Source of the DNA: an uncultured virus (IMG/VR IMGVR_UViG_3300025133_000035)
Taxonomy: Duplodnaviria; Heunggongvirae; Uroviricota; Caudoviricetes
Direction: 5' to 3' (one strand)
Virus record (IMG/VR): IMGVR_UViG_3300025133_000035
Length of the DNA stretch: 64,000 nt
The notes beneath the pieces are model-generated. The model was not told where the DNA came from, ran no database searches, and worked only from the letters and a program-made list of their open reading frames with translations. A program made the position numbers and the translations under genes. Below, one piece after another: positions 1 through 8,867 of the stretch; position 1 is the first letter of the stretch; the number at the start of each line of letters is the position of its first letter.

Positions 1-225
1 TGGACAGTCGATGAGTGGGATGATGAAGATATCCTAGATGCCGCGATCCAAGCGGTGTTCGATAAGATAGTTGGCGGCAGTCGCAAGGCTGGTCGAGCAG
101 ACGGCGATTGGGATGAAGAAGCGGAGAAGAGATTTCAAGCTCTGGCTCAAAAAGAGAAAGAATCATCCCAAGAGGTTACTAACGAGTCCATCGTTAAGAA
201 CTGGAAAAACTTTTTATATAACTGA
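1..225 (+). CDS. 3' end of a truncated gene; C-terminus ...EVTNESIVKNWKNFLYN*
   Basis: Frame 1 is open from the window start to TGA at 223-225 (manual translation); not in the ORF track because it has no start. Confidence 0.7.
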   Translation, partial: WTVDEWDDEDILDAAIQAVFDKIVGGSRKAGRADGDWDEEAEKRFQALAQKEKESSQEVTNESIVKNWKNFLYN

Positions 226-233
226 GGTGATGA

Positions 234-1073
234 GTGAATATCATTGGTTTAGGAGCCGCGGGCTGCAATATCGCAGATGGCTTCGCTAAATACCCGCAAT
301 ACAACGTTTATAAGCTCGATGTGGGTCTTCCCAAGAAGAAAGGAAACTTTGCTTTGCCGGAAGTCGTAGCAATCGAGGAATATGACAGCAAGACATTAAA
401 CTTTCGATCGTTTTTCAAGGATCTGCGAAAGGGCGATGATGTGCTGTTTGTTGTCTGTGGCGCCGGCAAGGTGTCAGCAGCAACGTTACGCGTTTTAGAA
501 AAGCTGAAGAAGTGCGATGTCACGGTGCTGTACATCAGACCGGATCGCTCTTTGCTCAGCAAGCAGGCTCTCATGCACGAACGCGTGGTCTTTAATGTAC
601 TACAGGAATACGCGAGATCTGGAGTGTTTGAGAGGACTTACCTCGTCGATAATAAAGAAGTTGAGAAAACACTTGACAATGTTTCGGTTCTAGGGTATTA
701 TGAACGTATAAATGAATTAATCGTTGATACGATCCACATGACGAACGTTTTTCTGAACACAAAGACGGTTTATAACACGCCGGCAACTTCGCTAGCAACA
801 GCCCGCGTTTCGACCTTCGGCGTGGTGGATATTGAAAAAAATGAAGAAAAGTTGTTTTTCCCCCTTGACACCATCAACGAAAGATGTTATATTTATGCTA
901 TCAATAAAGAACAACTCGAAACGGACGGAGAACTTTTTACCGCTTTGCGCAATCGTAGCGCAGAAAAGGTGGAGGATGAAACCATTGTATCAGTGCGGAT
1001 TCACTCTACCGACTATGACAACAACTACGGCTATCTGATAGCCAACACCTCTGAAATACAACAGGAGATTTAA
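234..1073 (+). CDS. Divergent tubulin/FtsZ-family protein (PhuZ/TubZ-like)
   Basis: N-terminal IIGLGAAGCNIA matches the tubulin/FtsZ GxGxxGxN loop; the T4-loop position reads CGAGKVS rather than GGGTG(S/T)G; later LVDN and YERIN motifs; SD GAGGTG upstream. Confidence 0.75.
   Translation: MNIIGLGAAGCNIADGFAKYPQYNVYKLDVGLPKKKGNFALPEVVAIEEYDSKTLNFRSFFKDLRKGDDVLFVVCGAGKVSAATLRVLEKLKKCDVTVLYIRPDRSLLSKQALMHERVVFNVLQEYARSGVFERTYLVDNKEVEKTLDNVSVLGYYERINELIVDTIHMTNVFLNTKTVYNTPATSLATARVSTFGVVDIEKNEEKLFFPLDTINERCYIYAINKEQLETDGELFTALRNRSAEKVEDETIVSVRIHSTDYDNNYGYLIANTSEIQQEI
865..893 (+). promoter_or_regulatory. sigma70-like promoter inside the tubulin gene
   Basis: TTGACA(865-870)-N17-TATATT(888-893) with extended TG. 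Confidence 0.45.
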
Positions 1074-1330
1074 TGCTGATGAAAGCATATAACGGAACAT
1101 TCACCAAGAAGAACGGAGAGGCGAGAACAATGCGGTTCGTTCGTATCACCGATATTCCCGAGACATTTATCACGTCTCAGATCAAGGGCACCGGACGCAA
1201 GGCAACACTAGCCGAGGGTATGGAGCTTGTCTGGGATTTGGACACTTCGGCATTCCGCATGTTTAACTGGAAGACAGTTGACGGCGAGATTGCAGAAATC
1301 GAGGTTGATAACCCCTTTGAAGAAAGTTGA
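1073..1330 (+). CDS. WYL_2/Sm-like SH3 beta-barrel phage protein
   Basis: FTKKNGEARTM...VWDLDTSAFRMF pattern typical of this family. Confidence 0.65.
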   Translation: MLMKAYNGTFTKKNGEARTMRFVRITDIPETFITSQIKGTGRKATLAEGMELVWDLDTSAFRMFNWKTVDGEIAEIEVDNPFEES

Positions 1331-1339
1331 AAAAAACAC

Positions 1340-1370
1340 TTGACTTTAGCTTCAGAATAGGTTATATTAT
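1340..1370 (+). promoter_or_regulatory. sigma70-like promoter for the SSB gene
   Basis: TTGACT(1340-1345)-N17-TATATT, with an A-tract upstream. Confidence 0.65.
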
Positions 1371-1429
1371 ACACAGCAGATCAAGATATTTGTTGATTTG
1401 ACTATAACACCAAAAAAGGAAAAAATAAG

Positions 1430-2203
1430 ATGGCGATTGATCTATCAAAAATGAAGGCTAAGCTGGATGCCCTTCAAAACAAAGACTCCGGCGACAAGAA
1501 GTTTTGGCGACCCCAAGACGGCGAACAAGCGGTACGAATCGTGCCCACTGCAGATGGCGACCCCTTCCGCGAGTATTTCTTCCACTATAATGTGGGAAAT
1601 AACCGTGGTTTCCTGTGCCCCAAGCGCAATTACGGTGATGAATGTCCCGTATGCGAGTTTGCTTCCCAATTGTGGAAGGAGGGCTCAGCTAAGGATGATG
1701 ACGAAGCTAAGAAGATGGCTAAGGGGCTTTTTGCCCGTCAGCGCTTCTTCAGCCCGGTTCTCATCCGAGGCGAGGAAGATCTGGGTGTCCGAGCATGGGG
1801 CTATGGCAAGATGGCTTACGAGTCCTTGCTTGGTCTGGTTCTCAATCCCGAATACGGTGATATCACCGATCCGGCATCGGGTACCGATCTGGTTCTGACA
1901 TACGGTAAGCCTTCGGGTGCGTCGTTCCCACAGACGAAGCTGACCCCGCGCCGTCGTTCCTCTCCTCTCTGCGATGAGGCAGTAGGTGGCGACGAACGCT
2001 GTGCGGAGCTTCTCGACAACATTCCCGACTTCGACACTCTCTTTGAGCGTAAGTCCGCTACTGATGTAGAGGCTATGCTTGATGAGTACCTCGCGGGCGA
2101 TCAAAGTGCAGAGACTTCCTCGTCTGAGACTACGAAGTACACCGCGCCGACCACTACGACTGATCCGGTCGACGCCGCCTTTGACGAGTTGATGGGAGCG
2201 TAA
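1430..2203 (+). CDS. T4 gp32-like single-stranded DNA-binding protein
   Basis: FWRP...VRIVP, His plus CPK...CPVCE zinc site, YGDITDP..G.D, acidic tail DAAFDELM. Confidence 0.85.
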   Translation: MAIDLSKMKAKLDALQNKDSGDKKFWRPQDGEQAVRIVPTADGDPFREYFFHYNVGNNRGFLCPKRNYGDECPVCEFASQLWKEGSAKDDDEAKKMAKGLFARQRFFSPVLIRGEEDLGVRAWGYGKMAYESLLGLVLNPEYGDITDPASGTDLVLTYGKPSGASFPQTKLTPRRRSSPLCDEAVGGDERCAELLDNIPDFDTLFERKSATDVEAMLDEYLAGDQSAETSSSETTKYTAPTTTTDPVDAAFDELMGA

Positions 2204-2266
2204 CCGCTCGACCCACAGGGAGGCACAGGGTTATCAGGTGCCTCACTTTTTACAAGGAGAAACAAG

Positions 2267-2455
2267 ATGCAAGAAGAAGTAAACATGCTTGAGGATCTAA
2301 TCGATCAGCTTACCGCTGCCCGTTCAGATTATAACAAGTTTTACAATGACGGTAACAGTGCCGCAGGTACTCGGGTCCGCAAGGTGATGCAGGAAGTTAA
2401 GAATTCTGCTCAGACACTGCGGCTCCATATCCAAGAAACCAAGAACAACGCATAA
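2267..2455 (+). CDS. Histone H1-like Hc1-family small DNA-binding protein
   Basis: KFYNDGNSAAGTRVRKVMQEVK matches the Hc1 core motif. Confidence 0.75.
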   Translation: MQEEVNMLEDLIDQLTAARSDYNKFYNDGNSAAGTRVRKVMQEVKNSAQTLRLHIQETKNNA

Positions 2456-2465
2456 TCGGGCTCTT

Positions 2466-3311
2466 ATGAAGACGCCCCTCCGTTACCCCGGCGGCAAGAC
2501 CCGTGCTGTAAAGCATATCTTGCCGTTCATTCCTGAAGGCATATCGCGTTTATGCTCGCCTTTCTTCGGGGGTGGCTCAGTTGAGTTAGCGGTAGCATCG
2601 AGGGGCGTCGAGGTTATTGGTTACGACAAACTCGTACCGCTTGTCTGGTTTTGGCAAGCGCTCTGCGGCGACAATGAGCGGCTATCCAATGAGGTAGCCG
2701 CTTTGCGTACAGAATACGAAATCGAGGAGAAAGGAAACATTAAACTTGTGTCCGGGTGCTCCAAAAAAGATTTCATAAGATTTCGGGAAGACTTGAGAGA
2801 TCCTTCCTTTATGTTCTCCTACGAGAAGGCAGCGAAGTTCTACGCGATCAATCGCTCTAGCTTCTCAGGAGCAACCTTTTCGGGCGGCTGGTCCAAGCGA
2901 GCATCATACGCTCGCTTCACAGAATCCTCGATCGAGCGATTACGCAGGTTTAACGCCGAGAATTTCAGGGTAGACTACGCAGACTTCCAGACGAGCCTCC
3001 CGTGGCACCCTAGAGCCTTCCTGTACCTTGACCCCCCCTACCTCCTGCCTAAAGACGCAGCGATGCTCTACGGGCAAGCTGGGGGGCTTCACGCAGGTTT
3101 CGACCATATGGCGCTTTATAACTTGCTTTCCGACAGATCCGATTGGGTAATGTCGTACAATGACTGTCCAGAAGTCCGTGATCTGTACTGTGACCGCAAG
3201 ATCGTATCTGCTGAGTGGGCATACGGCATGAAGAATGTCGAATGGGTCGATGGCAAATGCGTCGGCAAAAAAACAATGGGTTCCTCATCCGAGCTACTAA
3301 TTATAGGGTAA
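2466..3311 (+). CDS. dam: DNA adenine methyltransferase (Dam/D12 class)
   Basis: LRYPGGK, PFFGGGS motif I, YLDPPY motif IV, SYN motif. Confidence 0.9.
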   Translation: MKTPLRYPGGKTRAVKHILPFIPEGISRLCSPFFGGGSVELAVASRGVEVIGYDKLVPLVWFWQALCGDNERLSNEVAALRTEYEIEEKGNIKLVSGCSKKDFIRFREDLRDPSFMFSYEKAAKFYAINRSSFSGATFSGGWSKRASYARFTESSIERLRRFNAENFRVDYADFQTSLPWHPRAFLYLDPPYLLPKDAAMLYGQAGGLHAGFDHMALYNLLSDRSDWVMSYNDCPEVRDLYCDRKIVSAEWAYGMKNVEWVDGKCVGKKTMGSSSELLIIG

Positions 3312-3316
3312 TGAAT

Positions 3317-4423
3317 ATGAAACCACTAATGGAAGGCTGGCGCAGGTATCTGAAAGAAGATCTAGATGTTCCCCCTGAAATGGAAAAGGATCTAGACAAA
3401 CCTCTGCCATCGCCGAGAGACTCTTCAGAGAGCAATTTGAAGCGCGCCCTTCGTGCTATCGAGGCAGAAGGCTACGACTATAAGATCGTTAAAAATCAGA
3501 TTAGAGTCTTGGACGATCAACGTTCAGAGACAATGGAAAAGCTGATTCAAATGCTCACTCCTATGGGGTTTGTCCACAACCCTATTGGCGGCGGCAGTAG
3601 TATCGGGCGTTTAGAGCTTGTTGATCGCAAAGCCGGCAGCGTCTATGTCTATGTCAAGCCCAAGAAGCGAACCGCCGCATCTGCCGGGATGGACTTCGAA
3701 GAGAAGTTGGCAAACGAGATTACCCAGCGGTATAGCCACATGGGGATCACTGCCGAAACTGCAGGCTTCGGGCATGGCTCTGATCTGTCTATCAAGAGAG
3801 GCGATCAAACGATGATGTCTGTGGAGTTAAAGACAGCACTCTCAGCCGACTTTGGGCAGTTTAAAGCCCAGTTCAATACGGCTGCTGGAACTTGGGAGCC
3901 CCGCCGCACAAAGGGATATGTTAAGAACGAAGAAATTTTCAAGCCCTTGTTTGACAATTATATGCTCGACTGGCTTAATGCCAACGCGCAGTTTCCAGAC
4001 ATTAACGATCCACGGCTAAACCGCGATAAGAATGAAAAAATTGCTGGTCTTAAACGATCAACGAACACTGGCGAGCTAAAGAGAGAGCTACAAAAACTAT
4101 GGTTCGGCGGCAAGACCGACATTAAGGTTCCGTTTGACTTTTCTCACATTGCCAATTACTATAGCGACAAAGGCGATTCGTTTATTCAAATCGACGCACG
4201 CGGTCTGTATGCTCTGAAGCCAGAGGCTCAAGAGCTTCTTGGGGTACCGATGTTTAAAGACTTGGGACTGTCCTGTGATCTAAGATTCCGCTTCAAGCCA
4301 TCGTCCGGCGAGAACAGCACTACTAGTTTTACATGCGCGGTGAAGATCAAGGGGCGTTATAACAAATCAAATCTTAGTTTGACGAACGCAGAAGATTTAG
4401 ATAAAATCATGTCAATGTTATAA
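3317..4423 (+). CDS. Putative PD-(D/E)xK endonuclease with an N-terminal tag (start 3311 or 3317)
   Basis: AGMDFEEKL helix, GSDL...VELKT catalytic pattern, then DFGQ; abuts the MTase. Confidence 0.6.
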   Translation: MKPLMEGWRRYLKEDLDVPPEMEKDLDKPLPSPRDSSESNLKRALRAIEAEGYDYKIVKNQIRVLDDQRSETMEKLIQMLTPMGFVHNPIGGGSSIGRLELVDRKAGSVYVYVKPKKRTAASAGMDFEEKLANEITQRYSHMGITAETAGFGHGSDLSIKRGDQTMMSVELKTALSADFGQFKAQFNTAAGTWEPRRTKGYVKNEEIFKPLFDNYMLDWLNANAQFPDINDPRLNRDKNEKIAGLKRSTNTGELKRELQKLWFGGKTDIKVPFDFSHIANYYSDKGDSFIQIDARGLYALKPEAQELLGVPMFKDLGLSCDLRFRFKPSSGENSTTSFTCAVKIKGRYNKSNLSLTNAEDLDKIMSML

Positions 4424-4430
4424 AAACCTC

Positions 4431-4459
4431 TGGACAATCCAAACAATCTATGGTATTAT
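4431..4459 (+). promoter_or_regulatory. sigma70-like promoter for recA
   Basis: TGGACA-N17-TATTAT with extended TG. Confidence 0.6.
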
Positions 4460-4489
4460 AGTATCACAACTCATGACTAGGAATTGAGA

Positions 4490-5620
4490 ATGGCAAGAGC
4501 TAAGAAATCAAATGGGGCTGGAAAGCTCTCCATCACGCAGATGCGGGATATGATCAACAAGAAGGCTGGTCAGAACGTAGCCCACGATCTAAACGCAGCG
4601 AACCCAACGGAGGTAAAGGAATGGATTCCTACAGGCTCCCGGTGGCTGGACTCTATTATTTGCCGCGGTCGCATCGCTGGCATTCCCATTGGCAAGGTCA
4701 CAGAGATTGCCGGTTTAGAATCCACAGGAAAGAGTTACATGGCAGCACAGGTTGCCGCTAACGCTCAAGCCATGGGCATTGACGTTATCTACTTTGATAG
4801 TGAGTCGGCTATCGATCCCGCGTTCCTTGAGCGCACCGGCTGCGATCTTAATAACCTTTTGTATGTGCAGGCAACTTCGGTTGAGTTTGTTCTGGAGACT
4901 ATTGAAGAGCTATTGGGATCGAACGATAACCGCATGCTGTTTATCTGGGACTCTCTGGCTCTCACGCCATCGGTTTCAGACGTTGAGGGAGACTTCAATC
5001 CGCTATCCTCGATGGCAGTGAAGGCTCGCATACTCGCAAAGGGTATGTCCAAGCTGACGGTTCCTATCGCCAACTCTCAGAGCACGTTCCTTGTGCTAAA
5101 CCAGCTTAAGACCAACATCACGCGCTCGCCTTCAGAGGCTATGACTACTCCGTACATGACGCCCGGCGGCAAGGCAATGATCTATGCTTATTCGATGCGC
5201 ATCTGGCTCACCGGTCGAAAGGCGAAGGCAAGCTTCGTTCTTGATGACAAGGGTTTCCGTATCGGATCTGAAGTTAAGGTAAAGCTTGAGAAGTCTCGTT
5301 TCGGGACTCAGGGTCGCCAGTGTAACTTCCGTATTTTATGGGGCGATGACATTGGTGTTCAGGACGAAGAAAGTTGGTTCGATGCCATCGGCGGCTCAGA
5401 TCGCCTTGCCCGCTCCGGAGCATGGTATACCTTGCTTGACCCTCTCGGTGAACCGCTTGGCGCGAAGTTTCAGGCATCCAAATGGGTTGAGCGCCTGCAG
5501 GACGAAGAATTCCGCAAGACCGTTATGGAGATCATGGATGACGAAGTTATCATGAAGTTTCACAACCGTGTCGGAGCCGCATCAGATTTTTATGAAGAAA
5601 GTGAAGAAAAGAATGAATAA
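4490..5620 (+). CDS. recA: RecA/UvsX recombinase
   Basis: IPTGS..LD, Walker A GLESTGKS, DSE, WDSL, LNQL, TPGGKA. Confidence 0.95.
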   Translation: MARAKKSNGAGKLSITQMRDMINKKAGQNVAHDLNAANPTEVKEWIPTGSRWLDSIICRGRIAGIPIGKVTEIAGLESTGKSYMAAQVAANAQAMGIDVIYFDSESAIDPAFLERTGCDLNNLLYVQATSVEFVLETIEELLGSNDNRMLFIWDSLALTPSVSDVEGDFNPLSSMAVKARILAKGMSKLTVPIANSQSTFLVLNQLKTNITRSPSEAMTTPYMTPGGKAMIYAYSMRIWLTGRKAKASFVLDDKGFRIGSEVKVKLEKSRFGTQGRQCNFRILWGDDIGVQDEESWFDAIGGSDRLARSGAWYTLLDPLGEPLGAKFQASKWVERLQDEEFRKTVMEIMDDEVIMKFHNRVGAASDFYEESEEKNE

Positions 5621-5642
5621 AACAATAGGTTCACACGTCTAA
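5614..5642 (+). promoter_or_regulatory. ECF-like promoter, copy 1
   Basis: TGAATAAA-N14-CGTCTAA, followed by SD AGGAG and ATG 5673. Confidence 0.75.
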
Positions 5643-5672
5643 TATAGTGAACAAACAAGGAAGGAGAAAAAT

Positions 5673-6041
5673 ATGAAATTCCTTATTTCGTTGGTAGCCC
5701 TCGCTGCCCTCACCGCTCCCGCAACCGCGGAAGCACACAACAACTGTGGCTGTAATCACGCCCGTGCTGCTGTCTCAGTGGGATCCCCCACTGTGTCTGT
5801 TGCGTGGGTGTGGGTACCTGCTAACCGTGCTCAAGGCATTCATGCGCACTGGTTCCACCCGGCTCATGGTCGTGAATTCACGAACCGTGTCGGTGGTCGA
5901 CCTGCTGTCCGCCCGAACGCCAATGCAAATTGGGTTCCCGGTCATTGGGAAGGCAGGCGCCGTAACCGGCACTGGGTTTCTGGACACTGGAGCCCTCGCG
6001 CTCAAAATCGTGCGCAGCCCAACCGTCGACGCAACCGCTGA
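5673..6041 (+). CDS. Secreted protein with WxxGxW (YXWGXW-like) repeats
   Basis: Signal peptide MKFLISLVALAALTAPATAEA; WVWVPA, WVPGHW and WVSGHW repeats; Arg-rich tail. Confidence 0.7.
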   Translation: MKFLISLVALAALTAPATAEAHNNCGCNHARAAVSVGSPTVSVAWVWVPANRAQGIHAHWFHPAHGREFTNRVGGRPAVRPNANANWVPGHWEGRRRNRHWVSGHWSPRAQNRAQPNRRRNR

Positions 6042-6053
6042 TTGACAAAACTA

Positions 6054-6093
6054 AGCCCTAGGGAAGAACAAAGCTTCCCTAGGGCTCCCTTTA
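6054..6093 (+). terminator. Perfect 13-bp hairpin, probable terminator
   Basis: AGCCCTAGGGAAG-AACAAAG-CTTCCCTAGGGCT followed by CCCTTTA. Confidence 0.65.
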
Positions 6094-6105
6094 TTCGAGT
6101 ATTCT

Positions 6106-6501
6106 GTGAAGCTAACCGGTCGCCACCGCCGATATATGGAACTGGCGTCCCGTATGGCACAGAATTCGAACAGCGATGACTATCGCCACGGAGCCCTGTT
6201 GCTCCGAGGGTCCAATATTATCGGGCTCTCAACAAACAAGAATCGTCATGCCTCATTCGGGAACCGCTTTCGCGACCGTAACTGCGGGCATGCAACCCAC
6301 CACGCCGAGCTTGGCTGTGTTCTGGGTCTAGACCGCAAAAAGACTACGGGCACCACAATGTACGTTTGTCGCATCGGCAAGGGCGGAGAATTCCGCCTGT
6401 CTAAGCCGTGCAGCATGTGTGCTGCTGTCCTACGCCATGTTGGGGTTAGGCGCGTATTTTACAGTATTGATAATGAGACGATGGGAGTCTATAAACCATG
6501 A
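6106..6501 (+). CDS. Cytidine/dCMP deaminase-family zinc protein
   Basis: HAE and KPCSMC motifs. Confidence 0.85.
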   Translation: MKLTGRHRRYMELASRMAQNSNSDDYRHGALLLRGSNIIGLSTNKNRHASFGNRFRDRNCGHATHHAELGCVLGLDRKKTTGTTMYVCRIGKGGEFRLSKPCSMCAAVLRHVGVRRVFYSIDNETMGVYKP

Positions 6502-7466
6502 GTAAACCAAGAGTATTAATCATTGACGCGCTGAACATGTATTTTCGTGCGTATATTGTCGATCCTAGTCTGTCCACCAACGGACAGCCGATCGGTGGAG
6601 TAAAGGGGTTTCTCAAGATCCTACAAAAGCTTGTCCGAGAGACAAAGCCTGATCAGATCGTGATCGCGTGGGATGGCGAAGGAGGCTCCCAGAAACGCAA
6701 GTCCGTCAACAAGGGGTATAAAGAAGGGCGCAAGCCTATTCGCTTGAATCGGGACATTCGAAACATGTCCGAGAACGAAGAGATTGAAAACAAGATCTGG
6801 CAGCAGACGCGCTTGGTGGAGTATCTAAACCAGATGCCAATCTCTCAGACCATGCTTCCGGCAGTTGAGGCTGACGATGTTATTGCATACGTGTCGCGAC
6901 TCCCTTCTCTGAAGGGCTGGCAGAAGGTGATTATTTCGAGTGATAAAGATTTCTTCCAGCTTTGTGATGATGAGACTGTGGTTTTCCGCCCAATTCAGAA
7001 GAAGGTCGTAAACACAAATCGCTTGCTGGAAGAGTTCAGTATCCACCCAACCAACATGGCACTCGCCCGGGCAATTGCCGGCGACAAGTCCGACAATCTC
7101 CCCGGCATCCGCGGCGTTGGTCTGGGCACAATCAAGAAGCGCTTCCCGTTTTTTGCTGACGCAGAGTTCTGCACAGTCGACAAGCTCATTGGGTTCTGTG
7201 AGGATTCCGAATCAGACCTCAAGGTTTATCAGCAGATCATTGAGGGTCGTGCTGTTATCGAAGAAAACTATAAGCTTATGCAGTTGTACTCTCCGTCTAT
7301 CTCCCCGCAGGGAAAAACACAAGTTAGGTTCGCCATTGAAGAGGCAGAACAACTCTTTAACAAGACGAAGGTTCAGAGCATGATGATTGACGATGGGTTC
7401 GGATCCGGAGATTGGTCATCACTATTTCAAACAATGAGACGAATTGTGGTTGACAACAAGTCGTAA
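6498..7466 (+). CDS. 5'-3' exonuclease/flap endonuclease (T4 RNase H-like)
   Basis: LIIDA, AWDG, YKEGR, EADD, SSDKDFFQL, GDKSDNLPGI. Confidence 0.92.
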   Translation: MSKPRVLIIDALNMYFRAYIVDPSLSTNGQPIGGVKGFLKILQKLVRETKPDQIVIAWDGEGGSQKRKSVNKGYKEGRKPIRLNRDIRNMSENEEIENKIWQQTRLVEYLNQMPISQTMLPAVEADDVIAYVSRLPSLKGWQKVIISSDKDFFQLCDDETVVFRPIQKKVVNTNRLLEEFSIHPTNMALARAIAGDKSDNLPGIRGVGLGTIKKRFPFFADAEFCTVDKLIGFCEDSESDLKVYQQIIEGRAVIEENYKLMQLYSPSISPQGKTQVRFAIEEAEQLFNKTKVQSMMIDDGFGSGDWSSLFQTMRRIVVDNKS

Positions 7467-7478
7467 ATGAAGTATAAT
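7450..7478 (+). promoter_or_regulatory. Consensus sigma70 promoter for the helicase gene
   Basis: TTGACA(7450-7455)-N17-TATAAT(7473-7478). Confidence 0.8.
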
Positions 7479-7497
7479 CTTCACTATAGGATGAAGT

Positions 7498-8862
7498 ATG
7501 TCAGAAAAGCCCAGCTTTAGCAAATTCGGCAAGAACTTTCAAGAAGGTCTGTGTCAGCTTATTCTAGAAGATCGTCCGTTCGCGGATCAGATCATTGAAG
7601 TGCTGGACATTAACTTTCTAGAACTGTCTTATCTCCGCACTTTCGTGCGACGGGTATTTTCTTATCGCGACAAGTACAATGTACATCCCTCGCGAAAGAT
7701 TATGATGACGCTGCTCCGTTCCGAATTGGAGAGTGAGACAGACACCGACAAGCAACAGGTTCGCTCATACTTTGCGCGCATATGCAACTCTGAGGTCGAG
7801 GGTCGTAGTTATATTAAAGAGGTGTCGCTAGATTTTTGCCGAAAGCAGAAGCTCAAGGAAGCGATGATTGAATCGGTAAAGCTGCTGCAAACATCTTCCT
7901 TTGATGAAATCAGTTCCGTGATCAACGCGGCTCTCAAGCTGGGAAGTGACAACAACTTCGGTCATGACTATGTTAAGGATTTTGAGGCACGCTTTCAACT
8001 GAAGACCCGGAACGCGATTAGCACCGGCTGGAATGAAATCGACAGCCTCTGTTCGGGCGGGCTGGGCGCCGGCGAGCTTGGGGTTGTTATCGCCCCCACG
8101 GGCGCCGGAAAGTCTATGGTACTTACTCACCTCGGAGCACAGGCTGTGAAGGATGGCAAAACCGTCATCCACTACACTTTGGAGCTATCAGACGCGGCAA
8201 TCGGTAACCGATATGATTCTTGTCTTTCCGGCGTACCGCTAGGCGAATTGTACCAACTTAAAGAATTAGTATATGAAACAGTGCAGGATATTGAAGGCAC
8301 ACTAATTATTAAAGAGTATCCGACGAAATCTGCGAGCACGCGCACACTTTCAACTCACTTGGAAAAGTTGCGAAAGCGAGATATTACGCCGGATATTATC
8401 ATTGTTGACTACGGCGATCTATTGCGACCAGTAAATTATCAGAAAGAGAAGAGGAACGAACTTGAATCCATCTATGAAGAACTGCGCGCAATTGCACAAG
8501 AAAACAAGTGTCCTCTTTGGACAGCATCACAAACAAACCGGTCCGGATTGAATGCGGAAGTTATTACAATGGAGTCGATCAGCGAAGCGTTCAATAAATG
8601 CTTTGTGGCAGATTTTATTTTCTCCGTGTCCCGAACCGTCGATGACAAAAACAACAACACCGGTCGAGTCTTCGTCGCCAAGAACCGTAACGGACCCGAT
8701 GGACTTGTATATCCAATCTACATGGATCCAGCATCTGTAAAGATTAAGGTTCTGCAGTCCACAGGCGAGTCACCGGGCGAGATCATGGAAAACTCTGCAA
8801 AGAAGCAAGCAGAGAACCTAAAAGAAAAATATCAAACTTATAAAGCAAACAGGAACAAATAA
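7498..8862 (+). CDS. dnaB: Replicative DnaB/gp41-like helicase
   Basis: APTGAGKS Walker A, TLEL, IIVDYGD, TASQTNR, AKNRNG. Confidence 0.92.
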   Translation: MSEKPSFSKFGKNFQEGLCQLILEDRPFADQIIEVLDINFLELSYLRTFVRRVFSYRDKYNVHPSRKIMMTLLRSELESETDTDKQQVRSYFARICNSEVEGRSYIKEVSLDFCRKQKLKEAMIESVKLLQTSSFDEISSVINAALKLGSDNNFGHDYVKDFEARFQLKTRNAISTGWNEIDSLCSGGLGAGELGVVIAPTGAGKSMVLTHLGAQAVKDGKTVIHYTLELSDAAIGNRYDSCLSGVPLGELYQLKELVYETVQDIEGTLIIKEYPTKSASTRTLSTHLEKLRKRDITPDIIIVDYGDLLRPVNYQKEKRNELESIYEELRAIAQENKCPLWTASQTNRSGLNAEVITMESISEAFNKCFVADFIFSVSRTVDDKNNNTGRVFVAKNRNGPDGLVYPIYMDPASVKIKVLQSTGESPGEIMENSAKKQAENLKEKYQTYKANRNK

Positions 8863-8867
8863 CCACA

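Noticed and set aside
71..289. ORF-track 72-aa ORF
   Set aside because: Overlaps the more plausible frame-1 gene end (1-225) and the tubulin start
3215..3316. Upstream extensions given by the ORF track (3215, 18672, 21716, 24315, 32407, 42062, 47151)
   Set aside because: They overlap upstream genes or promoter elements; downstream starts have an SD, a promoter element or a signal peptide
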